DNA from: Clostridia bacterium
Lineage (GTDB): Bacteria; Bacillota; Clostridia; Christensenellales; UBA1242
Direction of reading: 5' to 3'
Length of the DNA: 59,184 nucleotides
NCBI GenBank assembly: GCA_045596905.1
Contig: JAZODG010000016.1
Coordinates: 1-59,184 of the forward strand
Under the pieces are notes generated by a model. It did not search any database. It was not told the origin of the DNA and saw nothing but the letters and a program-made list of their open reading frames with translations. The position numbers and the translations under genes are program-made. How positions within the stretch are numbered: position 1 is the stretch's first letter; each line of letters starts with the position of its first letter. Below, one piece after another: positions 21,056 to 31,056 of the stretch.

Positions 21056-21769
21056 TTAACCTAAATTTGAATTTGGGATTGTGTTTTGTGGAACATCAAT
21101 CATTTCATAAATATATGTTACAGAATATAATTCAAGACTTGGATTTTTTGTGCTGAAAACATGTTCTGTTATGTATAGTTTTGTTTTTGATGAGTTTGAA
21201 TCAGTGTATCCAGCAGGGAATAAGTTGTAACCAGTATTTGAGATTTCATACAAATAATCTTGACCGTCTTGACGGGTGATTAAGTTGCCACTCAAATCTT
21301 CAACATAAAGATATGATCTATTGTCATTGCCATAGAAATATCCAACTTCTTGAACACCGAAGTATTTTACACTTCTTGAGTATTGACCGTCAACAATAGA
21401 GATTGTTTCTCTTTTTGTTTTTCTGGTCTTTTCTAAGTTAATTTGATAAACAAATCCGTTATAGTCATTTGAACCACAGAGATATAATACTTGTTCTTTT
21501 GTAAGTTCTGGGTTGAAATTAATTGCTAGAACGGAACTGTATTTATAGTTTCCGTTGTAGTTGGACGAATGTTCAAGGTTTGTCCAGCTATTAAAAATAT
21601 CTAAGTCAAGACGTTCATTTGTATTTAAAACATTTGAAGCTTGATTATCAACCGATGGGGTGTCTTTCTTTTTATTTCGAATGACGAAAAAGCTTGTAAT
21701 AGCTGTTGCTACAAGCACGACTACAATTATTGGAATTAAAATTCGTTTTAATTTCTTCTTTCCTTCCAT
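21056..21769 (-). CDS. Hypothetical membrane-anchored protein
   Basis: GGGAG RBS, basic N-terminus with one TM segment. Confidence 0.65.
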   Translation of the reverse strand: MEGKKKLKRILIPIIVVVLVATAITSFFVIRNKKKDTPSVDNQASNVLNTNERLDLDIFNSWTNLEHSSNYNGNYKYSSVLAINFNPELTKEQVLYLCGSNDYNGFVYQINLEKTRKTKRETISIVDGQYSRSVKYFGVQEVGYFYGNDNRSYLYVEDLSGNLITRQDGQDYLYEISNTGYNLFPAGYTDSNSSKTKLYITEHVFSTKNPSLELYSVTYIYEMIDVPQNTIPNSNLG

Positions 21770-21890
21770 AATTATTACTCCCTTATACTAAACCGAAATA
21801 TAACATACGTAGTCAGTTTAGTGTTATTATTATAATACTAAAAGAGTAATTTGTCAATAGGGGTCAGAAGATTAAATTTAGCGCAAAAAA

Positions 21891-22898
21891 CTATAAATTT
21901 TTCATGATTTTATGCAATAATTGTGGATATTTGATTAATTCACCAATTCCAATGATGTGAACTTGGTCGTTTGAAGTGGTGATTGAATCGAAAGAAGTTT
22001 TGTCTTGCATGAACTTCTCAAGACCGGTGATGCTTGACAGACTTCCATAATAATATATGCCGTTGTAGCGCAAATCGTTAATGATTTCTGGTGTACATGT
22101 TTTTATGATTGAATTTACAACATCAGCTATTTTTGAATAATAGTAGTTGATGATAGGGTAAAGTTCTTTCGATGAAATTGTGATTGATTCAGATTTGTTT
22201 GTTGTTGGATTGTAACCGTCAATGTTTATTGTTGCTTGATAGTTTTCAAATAGCGAACAAATTTCATATTTAATTTGATATGCTTGGTCAACACCTATAA
22301 CAACGTTATAATTTTCTAGGATATATTTTTTAATGGCAGAAGCAATCATTGCGCCACCAATTGAAATATTGTAGCCCTGTAACACTGTGCAGTTTGAAAT
22401 AATGGCTATGCTGGTTACATTTCCACCCATATTAACAATCATGTAGGCTTTTTCGCTTTGAATATCAATGCCATTTCCAACAGCGTAACACAATACGTCA
22501 GGAACTAAGACAACGTCTGAAATACCAGATTTGAAACAGGTAATTTCAAAGGTCTTTTTTTCTTCTGGAGTAAGTCCGATTGGAGTGCATAAAATAGCTT
22601 TGATATTTTGACCAAAAGTTCTATTTGGGAATACTTTTTTCATAAAATATTTTAGCATAGGAACAGCAAGGTCTTCATACTGAATTGTGCTATTGACGAT
22701 AGGAGAGTAAACAATAACTCCATGTGGTGGACGTTCTTTTAAACGTCTTGCTTCGTCACCGATTGCATAAGCATCTTTATGCTTTGGATTTGTTGGCATG
22801 GCAATCATGCTTGCTTCTTTCAAAACAATGCCGTTTCCGGATTTGTAGATGGTTGTGTGGATTGAACCTAGCTTCAATCCAATATAGTGTGTTGACAT
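21891..22898 (-). CDS. MreB/Mbl-like actin homologue (divergent)
   Basis: GAGGTG RBS before the ATG at 22898; 'GIVLKEAS', 'AIGDEA', 'P.GLT..EK', 'IGG..I..AI..YI...YN..IG...A..IK' follow the MreB pattern. Confidence 0.8.
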   Translation of the reverse strand: MSTHYIGLKLGSIHTTIYKSGNGIVLKEASMIAMPTNPKHKDAYAIGDEARRLKERPPHGVIVYSPIVNSTIQYEDLAVPMLKYFMKKVFPNRTFGQNIKAILCTPIGLTPEEKKTFEITCFKSGISDVVLVPDVLCYAVGNGIDIQSEKAYMIVNMGGNVTSIAIISNCTVLQGYNISIGGAMIASAIKKYILENYNVVIGVDQAYQIKYEICSLFENYQATINIDGYNPTTNKSESITISSKELYPIINYYYSKIADVVNSIIKTCTPEIINDLRYNGIYYYGSLSSITGLEKFMQDKTSFDSITTSNDQVHIIGIGELIKYPQLLHKIMKNL

Positions 22899-23118
22899 AA
22901 TTTCACCTCTAGTTAAATTATATAACATTTTTAAAATTATGCCAAACAATTATTTGAACATTATTTTATAGTAAGTTTAGTGTTAAAAATAAAAGAAAAG
23001 ATACTATTTAACCAATCAAAAATAATTAATTTATAAAAATTATTCAAAAATACACATGATGCAAAATTAAATTAAAAGAGTTGAAATATCGCTATTATGT
23101 TGTGTAAATGTTGATTTT

Positions 23119-23961
23119 ATGAAGAGAATAAAAAGTATATTAAGTAGGGTATTGGGCATAAGAAAATATATCAAAATTGATTTTTCATTTTTGATTATTT
23201 TTATACTTGCGTTGGTTTTGAATGAGCTGGTTTTTTATTTATTGTTTGTAATATTTATTTTGTTGCATGAGCTTGCACATTTTGTTGTTGCAAAAAAACT
23301 TGGGTATATGCCAGATAAAGTGAAGTTAACTTTTTTTGGAGCGTCACTTGAAGGGTTTGATGATTTTATTTTTTCAGATGAAATAAAGGTTGTTTTGGCT
23401 GGTCCGATTTTTAATTTTTTTGTATGTGTTTTTTGCTATTTAATGTTCTGGTTTTTTCCTGAATCTTATATTTATTTAAGTGATGTTTTGATGGTTAATA
23501 TGGCAATTTTTTTGTTTAATATTTTGCCGATTTTTCCACTTGATTTTGGAAGGTTTATTCTGGCTTGTTTATCTATTAAGCATGATAGAAAAAATGCGTT
23601 AAAAACCACAAAATACATATCTTTTGCAGTAATTGTGTTTTTAATTTGCGTTTTTATTCTTTCCTTTTTCTTTGAGTATAATTTTGCATTTGGGTGCGTT
23701 TGTTTGCATTTATTGTTATTGTTTTTTGACTCATCAAAAGGTGCTTCTTATAAGCGAAGTATTTTTATTAAAAACAAACACAAATTTTTGAAAAAAGGAC
23801 TGCCTGAAAGAGTGTTTTATTTTGACAAAAACGTTTCGCATTTTGCATTGCTAAAAAAGATAGATTCAAGCAGCATTGCAAAGTTTATTTTTCTTGATGA
23901 GAATAATAGAGTAGTTTCGACAATGCTTGAAAGTGAACTTCTAGAAGAATTTGGCTTATAA
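23119..23961 (+). CDS. spoIVFB: M50 site-2 protease, SpoIVFB-like
   Basis: HELAH, LAGP and FNILPIFPLDFGR; location upstream of rplU. Confidence 0.75.
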   Translation: MKRIKSILSRVLGIRKYIKIDFSFLIIFILALVLNELVFYLLFVIFILLHELAHFVVAKKLGYMPDKVKLTFFGASLEGFDDFIFSDEIKVVLAGPIFNFFVCVFCYLMFWFFPESYIYLSDVLMVNMAIFLFNILPIFPLDFGRFILACLSIKHDRKNALKTTKYISFAVIVFLICVFILSFFFEYNFAFGCVCLHLLLLFFDSSKGASYKRSIFIKNKHKFLKKGLPERVFYFDKNVSHFALLKKIDSSSIAKFIFLDENNRVVSTMLESELLEEFGL

Positions 23962-23980
23962 TAATATTTATTATAAATAC

Positions 23981-24009
23981 TTGACAAAATTTGCCTTTGG
24001 TGGTATTTT
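23981..24009 (+). promoter_or_regulatory. Sigma-A promoter of the rplU operon
   Basis: TTGACA-N17-TATTTT with extended TG. Confidence 0.7.
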
Positions 24010-24011
24010 AT

Positions 24012-24096
24012 TAGCGTGCCACTTACAAAAGGTATTTTTTTATGTCTAAAAGTCAGGCTTGCCTGCACCTTCGTAGTGAGACTGGAGAGAGGAGGA
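24012..24096 (+). ncRNA. Probable L21 ribosomal protein leader
   Basis: Structured 5' UTR (CACTTACAAAAGGT pairs with ACCTTCGTAGTG; CAGGCTTGCCTG) directly upstream of rplU. Confidence 0.55.
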
Positions 24097-24104
24097 AATG
24101 TATA

Positions 24105-24410
24105 ATGTACGCAATTGTTGAAGTTGGTGGAAAACAATACAAAGTTGAACCAAACACTTACTTTAAAACAGAAAAGATTGATGCTAACGTTGGCGACAAA
24201 GTTGAACTTCCATGTTTGCTTGTAGCTGATGGCGACAAAGTTACAATCGCTTCTGGTAATGCTAAAAAGGCAGTTGCTGTTTGCGAAGTTCTTGAATTCG
24301 GAAAAGAATCAAAAGTTGTAGTTTATAAATACAAAGCTAAAAAGAACGTTCGTAGAAAGCAAGGTCATCGTCAACCATACACAAAATTGAAAGTTGTTTC
24401 AATTGGTTAA
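24105..24410 (+). CDS. rplU: 50S ribosomal protein L21
   Basis: MYAIVEVGGKQYKV...GHRQPYT; GGAGG RBS places the start at 24105. Confidence 0.97.
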   Translation: MYAIVEVGGKQYKVEPNTYFKTEKIDANVGDKVELPCLLVADGDKVTIASGNAKKAVAVCEVLEFGKESKVVVYKYKAKKNVRRKQGHRQPYTKLKVVSIG

Positions 24411-24432
24411 TAATTTAGTGAGATGACAGTTT

Positions 24433-24768
24433 ATGACAAAAGTTAATATTTTTAGAAAAGATAACAAAATTTTCGAAGTAGAGTGTGATGGTCACACAAA
24501 CTACGGAGAAAAGGGTGAAGATATAGTTTGTGCGTCACTTTCAAGTATTGTTCAAACTGCAGTATTGGGACTTCTCATGATTGCAGAACTTGAGCTTCCA
24601 ATGAAGAGAGATGATGAACAAGGCTATTTGAAATTCACATTACCTGAAAAACTTAGTGAGAAACAAGAAATTCAAGCAGCTGCTATTCTTGATACAATGC
24701 TTTGTGGAATTTCAGATCTTTATGAAAGTTTTTCTGATTATATAGAATTGGAGGTAAAAAACTTATGA
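24433..24768 (+). CDS. prp: Ribosomal-processing cysteine protease Prp (YsxB)
   Basis: GH...G.DIVCASLS, located between rplU and rpmA. Confidence 0.92.
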   Translation: MTKVNIFRKDNKIFEVECDGHTNYGEKGEDIVCASLSSIVQTAVLGLLMIAELELPMKRDDEQGYLKFTLPEKLSEKQEIQAAAILDTMLCGISDLYESFSDYIELEVKNL

Positions 24769-25052
24769 CAATGTTTATGAATATCCAATTATTTGCACAC
24801 CACAAAGGTGGTGGTTCTGTTAAGAACGGCCGTGATTCAAACGCTCAAAGACTTGGCGTTAAGAAATATTCTGGCGAAACAGTTAAAGGTGGAAATATTA
24901 TCGTTCGTCAAAGAGGAACTAACGTTCACCCAGGTGAAAATGTTGGTATTGGTGATGATGATACACTTTATGCAAAAATTGAAGGTGTTGTTAAATTTGA
25001 AAAATTTGGCAAGAACAAGAAAAGAGTTTCTGTTGTTCCTGCAGACAAATAA
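24765..25052 (+). CDS. rpmA: 50S ribosomal protein L27 with Prp-cleaved N-terminal extension
   Basis: [33 protein letters not shown]. Confidence 0.97.
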   Translation: MTMFMNIQLFAHHKGGGSVKNGRDSNAQRLGVKKYSGETVKGGNIIVRQRGTNVHPGENVGIGDDDTLYAKIEGVVKFEKFGKNKKRVSVVPADK

Positions 25053-25057
25053 ATTTT

Positions 25058-25084
25058 TAGATGGCGTTATGCCATCTTTTTTTG
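25058..25084 (+). terminator. Rho-independent terminator
   Basis: AGATGGC-GTTAT-GCCATCT followed by T tract. Confidence 0.85.
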
Positions 25085-25166
25085 TGTAATTTAATTTTTT
25101 TCAATAAAATTTAGTTGTGATTTTTGGTGTTTGATGATATGCTATTTGTTGTAAGGAGTAGATATT

Positions 25167-25562
25167 ATGAAAAATCGTATTGTTAACATTTTAAACCAAG
25201 CTAAATCATTCTATTTCGCAACTGTTGAAGGTGATCAACCAAGAGTTAGACCTTATAACGTTGCTGTTGAGTTTGAAGATAAGGTTTATTTTTATACAAA
25301 CAATCACACACATGCTTTCAAACAAATTGCTGTGAATCCAAAGATTGAACTTTGTGCACCAATCAGTGAAGAGAGATGGCTCCGTATTAGTGGAAAGGTT
25401 GTTTATGATTATAGACCTGAAGTTAAAAAGGCAGTTTTAGATGCACATCCAGAACTTCGTACAATGTATCATGAAGATGATAAGATTTTTGAAGTGTTCT
25501 ATTTGAGCAATATGGCTGCAACTATTCACTCTCTTCATTCTGAACCAGAAGTTATTTGTTAG
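25167..25562 (+). CDS. Pyridoxamine 5'-phosphate oxidase-like (NimC/NimA-type) protein
   Basis: FATVEGDQPRVRP, QI..NPKIELC, WLRISG. Confidence 0.85.
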   Translation: MKNRIVNILNQAKSFYFATVEGDQPRVRPYNVAVEFEDKVYFYTNNHTHAFKQIAVNPKIELCAPISEERWLRISGKVVYDYRPEVKKAVLDAHPELRTMYHEDDKIFEVFYLSNMAATIHSLHSEPEVIC

Positions 25563-25568
25563 GCAAAA

Positions 25569-25598
25569 GAAAAATAAGGGCGTCGCCCTTATTTTTTT
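25569..25598. terminator. Bidirectional terminator
   Basis: AAAAATAAGGGC-GTC-GCCCTTATTTTTTT. Confidence 0.8.
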
Positions 25599-26428
25599 GT
25601 GTCATTTTTGCTTCTTTCATAATAAAAAAGATATTGTTGGGCAAGCCCGGAATACTGACCAAATTGGTCTTCAAAGTATTTTTGTATTTCCGGTCTTGTT
25701 CTTTTTTCTTTTGAAAAGTGATTGTAATACACTTGTTCAAGCCATGTGTCAACAGGGAATTTTTCATTTCGTCCAAAACCAAACAATAAAATGCAACTTG
25801 CAACTTTTGGTCCGATGCCTTTGAGTGATAAAAGATAATTGTAAAGGTTGTCTGTGCTTAATTTTGATATTTCGTTTAAGTCAACGTTTAAAAGAGTAGT
25901 TGAAAGTTCTTTTAAGAACTTGTCACGATATCCTGCGCCAAGTGATGAGTAGAATGAAAGTGGAGCATTTGCAAGCTCTTCAATGGTTGGAAAGTGCTTT
26001 GGATTGTTTGGTGACTTTGAAAGCTCACAAAGTCGTTCAATGATTTGTTTGATTCTTTTTATATTGTTGTTTTGAGAGATTGTGAATGAAAAAATCATTT
26101 CAAGTGGATCAGCCTTTAAAATTCTGATTCCGTGACCAAACTCAATCATGGGTTTTAAAATATCAAATTTAGATAAATATTGTTTTGCGATATTATAGTC
26201 GGTTTTAAGGTCAAAATAGTTAACGAAATATTCGGTGTCATCGCAGGTAATTTCATAAGTTAAAGGGGTTTCGGTGATTGTTGCTTTGTGGCTATTTGAT
26301 AAAACAAAATAATCGCCAGATTCATTTTTTCCAAATCTAAAAACCTGTCCACATTCCAAAATGTGTTCAGGGTTAAACTGTGATTTGTCAAAGACTATAA
26401 TTTTGTTGTTTTCTATTTTATATATCAT
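25589..26428 (-). CDS. ogg: 8-oxoguanine DNA glycosylase (Ogg1/AlkA family)
   Basis: CGQVFR, SQNNNIKRI, HhH motif LKGIGPKVASC, FPVDTW, GLAQQYLF; likely leaderless start at 26428. Confidence 0.9.
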   Translation of the reverse strand: MIYKIENNKIIVFDKSQFNPEHILECGQVFRFGKNESGDYFVLSNSHKATITETPLTYEITCDDTEYFVNYFDLKTDYNIAKQYLSKFDILKPMIEFGHGIRILKADPLEMIFSFTISQNNNIKRIKQIIERLCELSKSPNNPKHFPTIEELANAPLSFYSSLGAGYRDKFLKELSTTLLNVDLNEISKLSTDNLYNYLLSLKGIGPKVASCILLFGFGRNEKFPVDTWLEQVYYNHFSKEKRTRPEIQKYFEDQFGQYSGLAQQYLFYYERSKNDTKK

Positions 26429-26434
26429 AAATAT

Positions 26435-26463
26435 ATTATACAAATCTTGTGTGATATAAGCAA
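26435..26463 (-). promoter_or_regulatory. Sigma-A promoter giving a leaderless ogg mRNA
   Basis: TTGCTT-N17-TATAAT-N6-ATG on the minus strand. Confidence 0.6.
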
Positions 26464-26516
26464 ATATTTATTGTTTTAAAATTTTAATTGTGTTATCATT
26501 TAAGTAAGGTGATATT

Positions 26517-27119
26517 ATGTGGTTTGTATTTTCAAAATTTAAAGCAAAAAAATGGTTAAAATGCTCTTATAAAAAGAGATTTAAGGTATTTGAAGCAGTT
26601 GAGAAAAAGGTGGCAAAAAACTTAAAAATTGCACCTGTTAAACTTGAGCTTCGTTATGATGATAATTGGCATTGTTTTGGGTCTTATACAACTGAATCTG
26701 GAAAAGCTAGAATCGTTTTAAATTCGCTTCTTTTAGAAGATGTGAGACTTAGATTTCATGCGCTTGAAACAATTGCTCATGAAACCCGTCATGCATATCA
26801 GTTTAATCTTGTTTCAAGAAAGCTCAGATGGTATGAATTTAAGGCAAAGCGTTGGCAGAGAAACTTGCAAGGTTATTTTTCATCAAAAAATGACACTTTG
26901 ATGTATAATAACCAGTCAGTTGAAAGAGACGCACAAAAATATTCAATCAAGTTTTTGAAAAAACATTCTTATCCAGGTGATAGAGATTATGAAAGAACCT
27001 TGAGAGTTGTTGTGGATAGATATGAACAAGCAGATGAAGATGCCAGAAAAGAATATGGTTTGTTTTATAAGCTTAAAATTGAAAACAATATAAAAAACAA
27101 AATCAAAAAAGGTTATTAA
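26517..27119 (+). CDS. Basic HExxH zinc-metallopeptidase-like protein
   Basis: TIAHETRHAYQ and a downstream Y.NQ.VE.DA third ligand. Confidence 0.7.
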   Translation: MWFVFSKFKAKKWLKCSYKKRFKVFEAVEKKVAKNLKIAPVKLELRYDDNWHCFGSYTTESGKARIVLNSLLLEDVRLRFHALETIAHETRHAYQFNLVSRKLRWYEFKAKRWQRNLQGYFSSKNDTLMYNNQSVERDAQKYSIKFLKKHSYPGDRDYERTLRVVVDRYEQADEDARKEYGLFYKLKIENNIKNKIKKGY

Positions 27120-27223
27120 TAATCGAATCATTTAAGTTATATTGTTATAATTAAAATTTTACATTCAGTATTGATTTTTATTAGACTATATGATATAATT
27201 TTAGTAGTTGGGGGGAATATTTT

Positions 27224-28420
27224 ATGTTTCTTTGTGGTCTAAATTTATCATCGGGTATGATTATTGGACTTGCAGTTGGTGCTGTGGTTCTGATTTCACT
27301 TATGATTATCATGCTTGTGCTTGTGCCATTTAAGTTGTGGTTCAGAGCGTTGGTTTCATCTGCTCACATTTCAATGGTTAGACTCATTGGTATGAAGCTT
27401 AGAAAAGTTGATTGTCAGCTCATAACATTAAATTATATCACTGCAAGAAAAGCCGGCTTAAAAATTACTGTAGACGAACTTGAAACTCACTATATGGCTG
27501 GTGGTAATGTTGAAAATGTTGTTAAAGCTTTGGCAGCTGCGTTTTCAGCTAATATTGATTTAACTGTTCAAAAAGCAAAGGCGATTGACCTTGCTGGACG
27601 TGATGTTTATGAAGCTGTTAGAAATACTGTCGTTCCAAAAATTATTGAAACTCCTGAAATTTCAGCTGTTGCAAAAGACGGTATTGAACTTATTGTTAAA
27701 GCAAAAGTTACTGTTATTTCAAACATGTTGATGCAGATTTCCGGTGCTGGTGAAGATACAATTATTGCACGTGTTGGTGAAGGTATTGTCACAACTGTAG
27801 GTTCAACAGATTCACACAAAATGATTCTTGAAAGCCCAGAGCTTATTTCGTCAACCGTTCTTGAGAAAGGACTTGACAGGGGCACAGCATACTATATTTC
27901 ATCACTTGATATTGCAGATATTGACGTTGGAAGAAATATTGACGCTGAACTTAATATTGCAAAAGCTGAAGCTGAAAAGAGAATTGCTCAAGCAAAAGCT
28001 GAGGAAAGAAAGAGTATGGCTATTGCTGCTGAAAACGAAATGAAGGCAAGAGTTCAAGAAATGAGAGCTGAAGTTGTTAGAGCTGAAGCAGAAGTGCCTA
28101 AAGCACTTGCAAAAGCTCTTTCAATGGGTAAGATTTCTGTTAATGATTATTATGAAATGCAAAATATTAAAGCAGACACTGCAATGAGAAATTCTTTGAG
28201 TAAGTCAGAAGAAGAAAAGGCTGAAAAGATTTCTGAAAGAAAGTCAGCTCCAAGCGAATCAAGAATTCCAACACCTATGGGTGGTGGATTTGGTGGATAT
28301 TCTGGTCCAATGGCTCCAACACAAGCTCCACCACCAGCAAACTCACTTGCTGCTAGATTTGCGGCTCTTGCTGCTGCTCAACGTAAGAATAACAATAACA
28401 ACGATAATAATGATAAGTAG
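27224..28420 (+). CDS. floA: Flotillin-like protein FloA (YqfA)
   Basis: LETHYMAGGNV, AIDLAGRDV, ARVGEGIVTTVGS, AQAKAEER, ADTAMR. Confidence 0.93.
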   Translation: MFLCGLNLSSGMIIGLAVGAVVLISLMIIMLVLVPFKLWFRALVSSAHISMVRLIGMKLRKVDCQLITLNYITARKAGLKITVDELETHYMAGGNVENVVKALAAAFSANIDLTVQKAKAIDLAGRDVYEAVRNTVVPKIIETPEISAVAKDGIELIVKAKVTVISNMLMQISGAGEDTIIARVGEGIVTTVGSTDSHKMILESPELISSTVLEKGLDRGTAYYISSLDIADIDVGRNIDAELNIAKAEAEKRIAQAKAEERKSMAIAAENEMKARVQEMRAEVVRAEAEVPKALAKALSMGKISVNDYYEMQNIKADTAMRNSLSKSEEEKAEKISERKSAPSESRIPTPMGGGFGGYSGPMAPTQAPPPANSLAARFAALAAAQRKNNNNNDNNDK

Positions 28421-28430
28421 GTGAAAAACC

Positions 28431-29270
28431 ATGTTAGCATTTTTATATACTAATCCAATGGTTGTTATCTTTATTGTTTTGGTTATTGTGCTTATAATGA
28501 TGTATTATTATTTCAAGTCGCTTTCTGTTAAAGGAAAAACGAAAGAAGATAAGAAAGAAAAGGTTGAGCAAAAAACTGAAGAACCAAAAGAAGAAACATC
28601 TGAAGAAGTTAAACCTGAAGAACCTGAAAAAGTGGAGCAGGAAGAAATAAAAGAAGAGCCTGAGTCAACTGTTGGAAGGGGTGGAAAAAAGTCTAGAGTA
28701 ACTCAAATTTACCGAAGACCAGTTCAAAAATCTGAAACAGAAACCTCTGAAAATGTAGAAGAAAAAGGTGACTATCAAGCAGATTTTGTGGATATTTCAA
28801 AAAATGTTTCAAAGTTCAAAACATTAAAGCAAGAAGATTTTGGAGAAACGCAAGAAGAACCTATTGTTGATGAATATGGCTTTGTTGCTGAAACAAAAGA
28901 AGGCTGTGACTTTTGTGAAGATAAGGTGAAACATTTTGACCATTCAAGAAGACTATCAAAGTTTGTTAAAGATAATAATTTTGATGGAATGTTTGGGTCG
29001 CACTTATCTGATTATTATATGTTTGGTGATAATATTGATAAGCATTTAAATTTAACCGAAGAAAATTTATCTCACTTATATGAAAAGGCAAACAAAACAA
29101 TAGAAAATAGTGAAAAAAGACTTACTTCTGACACTATTAGAGAAACTATTGCAGAAGCGATTGTTGAATCAGATCAAGAAGTTGTACAAAACGAAGACAT
29201 ATCTTCAAAGGTGGATTTGAGAAATATTGTCTTAACTGACTCTATAATGAATAGAAAAAAGAAAAAATAA
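28431..29270 (+). CDS. Hypothetical membrane-anchored acidic protein
   Basis: One N-terminal TM and an E/K-rich linker; directly downstream of floA. Confidence 0.7.
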   Translation: MLAFLYTNPMVVIFIVLVIVLIMMYYYFKSLSVKGKTKEDKKEKVEQKTEEPKEETSEEVKPEEPEKVEQEEIKEEPESTVGRGGKKSRVTQIYRRPVQKSETETSENVEEKGDYQADFVDISKNVSKFKTLKQEDFGETQEEPIVDEYGFVAETKEGCDFCEDKVKHFDHSRRLSKFVKDNNFDGMFGSHLSDYYMFGDNIDKHLNLTEENLSHLYEKANKTIENSEKRLTSDTIRETIAEAIVESDQEVVQNEDISSKVDLRNIVLTDSIMNRKKKK

Positions 29271-29371
29271 GCACACAAATGCGTTTTTGTGTGCTTTTTA
29301 TATGGCTATCATATTGACAATTTGTTGTTATTATAGTATAATTATTACAGTAAAAAATAAGGGGTAAAACA

Positions 29372-30298
29372 ATGAGTTTAATTAAGATTAAAATTAAAGA
29401 TATAAAAGATTTTTTAAAGGTTAACTCTTCAATTCAAATGCCGATGATTTCAAAGGCTAAGAATGGAGACTTTTTAGCAAGCGGAGAATATGTTGATGTT
29501 CATTCATATAAAGAATATCAAGACCAAGTTAAGTTATATCAAGAATTCATTGAATACTTAGAATATAAATATAATGCAGAAGTTCCAAAAATGTTTAAGG
29601 CTGCATTAACAAAAGTTCTTATCTTGAAAAATGAAGGTTTGACATCAAAAAGACTTCATTCAAAAGAAGTGACAAAATCTCAATATGAAAGTTTCACTGA
29701 AGAAGATTATTTGAGAACACTTAACTTTATTTCAAAAGCTGCTTTAGAAAAGAGATTGTTGAAACCTGCAAGAGCCATCAAAGATATTACAACTAAAAAA
29801 GACGGTTCAATGCGTCACACTCTTGGAACCAAGTATGTTTTGCCGCTCATTAGTGAAAACGGTGTTATGGTAAAAAGAAGAGGTGATGTAAGGGGTCAAT
29901 TCCAAGCAAGCACAGTTACATTATCTTATACTGAAGCTCAAGAAGTTAAACAAGCTATGCTTGATGAAGCTGAACAAGCTGGTGCTGGCGAAGAAGTTAA
30001 AAAATTGATTGAAGATATTTTTGAACTTGCCGCTTCTATTGGTGAAAAAGACAAAGCTAACACAATTAATAATTTGTCTATGGAATTAAGAAAGACTTTA
30101 GTTGCAAAATGTACAGAACTCTTTGGTGTTGACCTTGCAAGATATGAAAACGCTAACAGACAAGCTGAAGATGGCGACACACAAAACAAAGAAGATGATA
30201 TTATTGAATTTGACGTTAATGAGATTGAAATGATTATGAAGAATGGAAAGCTTATCATTAAAAGAATTCAAAAAGAAGACGAAAAAGAAAATGGTTAA
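29372..30298 (+). CDS. Hypothetical protein
   Basis: 308-aa ORF with AAGGGG RBS, an upstream TTGACA promoter box and a downstream terminator. Confidence 0.75.
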   Translation: MSLIKIKIKDIKDFLKVNSSIQMPMISKAKNGDFLASGEYVDVHSYKEYQDQVKLYQEFIEYLEYKYNAEVPKMFKAALTKVLILKNEGLTSKRLHSKEVTKSQYESFTEEDYLRTLNFISKAALEKRLLKPARAIKDITTKKDGSMRHTLGTKYVLPLISENGVMVKRRGDVRGQFQASTVTLSYTEAQEVKQAMLDEAEQAGAGEEVKKLIEDIFELAASIGEKDKANTINNLSMELRKTLVAKCTELFGVDLARYENANRQAEDGDTQNKEDDIIEFDVNEIEMIMKNGKLIIKRIQKEDEKENG

Positions 30299-30438
30299 TA
30301 AAGAAAAGATGTGAGAAATCACATCTTTTTTTGTTGTAAAAAATATTTCATTGTGAAATATTATATAAAAATAAAAAACGCAAAACACGAATAATTATTA
30401 TAAAATATCGCAAAACTATTGAAATATAAGGAGAAATT

Positions 30439-30981
30439 ATGAAAAAGATATTAAAATTAATAAGTATGTGTTGTGTTGCGCTATTGATTGGTATTAGCTT
30501 TGTTGCGTGTGGTGAAACAAAAGATTGCAGTGTTGCTGAAAAGGTGTCGCTTGCAACAACCACTCTTGGAGAAGTTGAGTTTGAAAACTCTGAAAATGTT
30601 AAATTAGAGCAAGACTGTGATAAGGTGACTATTTCAGGTGAGATTGATGCAATGTCTACTGCACAAGTGGCAGAGTTTGGAAAAGAAGATGTTTCACATG
30701 TGGTTGTTTTGAAATATTTGTTTGATAAAGAAAGAACAATCTCTTCTTTTGAAATTAAAGGTGAGACAACAAAAGTTTATTCAACTGATAATACCGATGA
30801 AAATTATGTTGGTTCAATAACAGACCTTTTGGATAGTGAATCAGATGAAGATGCATATTGCTTTTTGATATTGTCAGCAAACACTAAAGACTATACTTTA
30901 ACTTCAAAATATTCTGACGATACAACTTCTGTTATTAATGTTTCAATCACAGCAACTCTTCTTGATGCAAAATCTGAATAA
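30439..30981 (+). CDS. Hypothetical acidic lipoprotein
   Basis: AAGGAG RBS, lipobox FVAC. Confidence 0.75.
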   Translation: MKKILKLISMCCVALLIGISFVACGETKDCSVAEKVSLATTTLGEVEFENSENVKLEQDCDKVTISGEIDAMSTAQVAEFGKEDVSHVVVLKYLFDKERTISSFEIKGETTKVYSTDNTDENYVGSITDLLDSESDEDAYCFLILSANTKDYTLTSKYSDDTTSVINVSITATLLDAKSE

Positions 30982-31056
30982 ATAAAAGAGACAAATCGTC
31001 TCTTTTTTATTTTATATTTTATAAAATTTTGATATACTAATATTAGGTGAAAAATT

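Noticed and set aside
24042-24104. N-terminal extension of L21 in the ORF track
   Set aside because: It lies in the structured leader; the GGAGG RBS points to ATG 24105.
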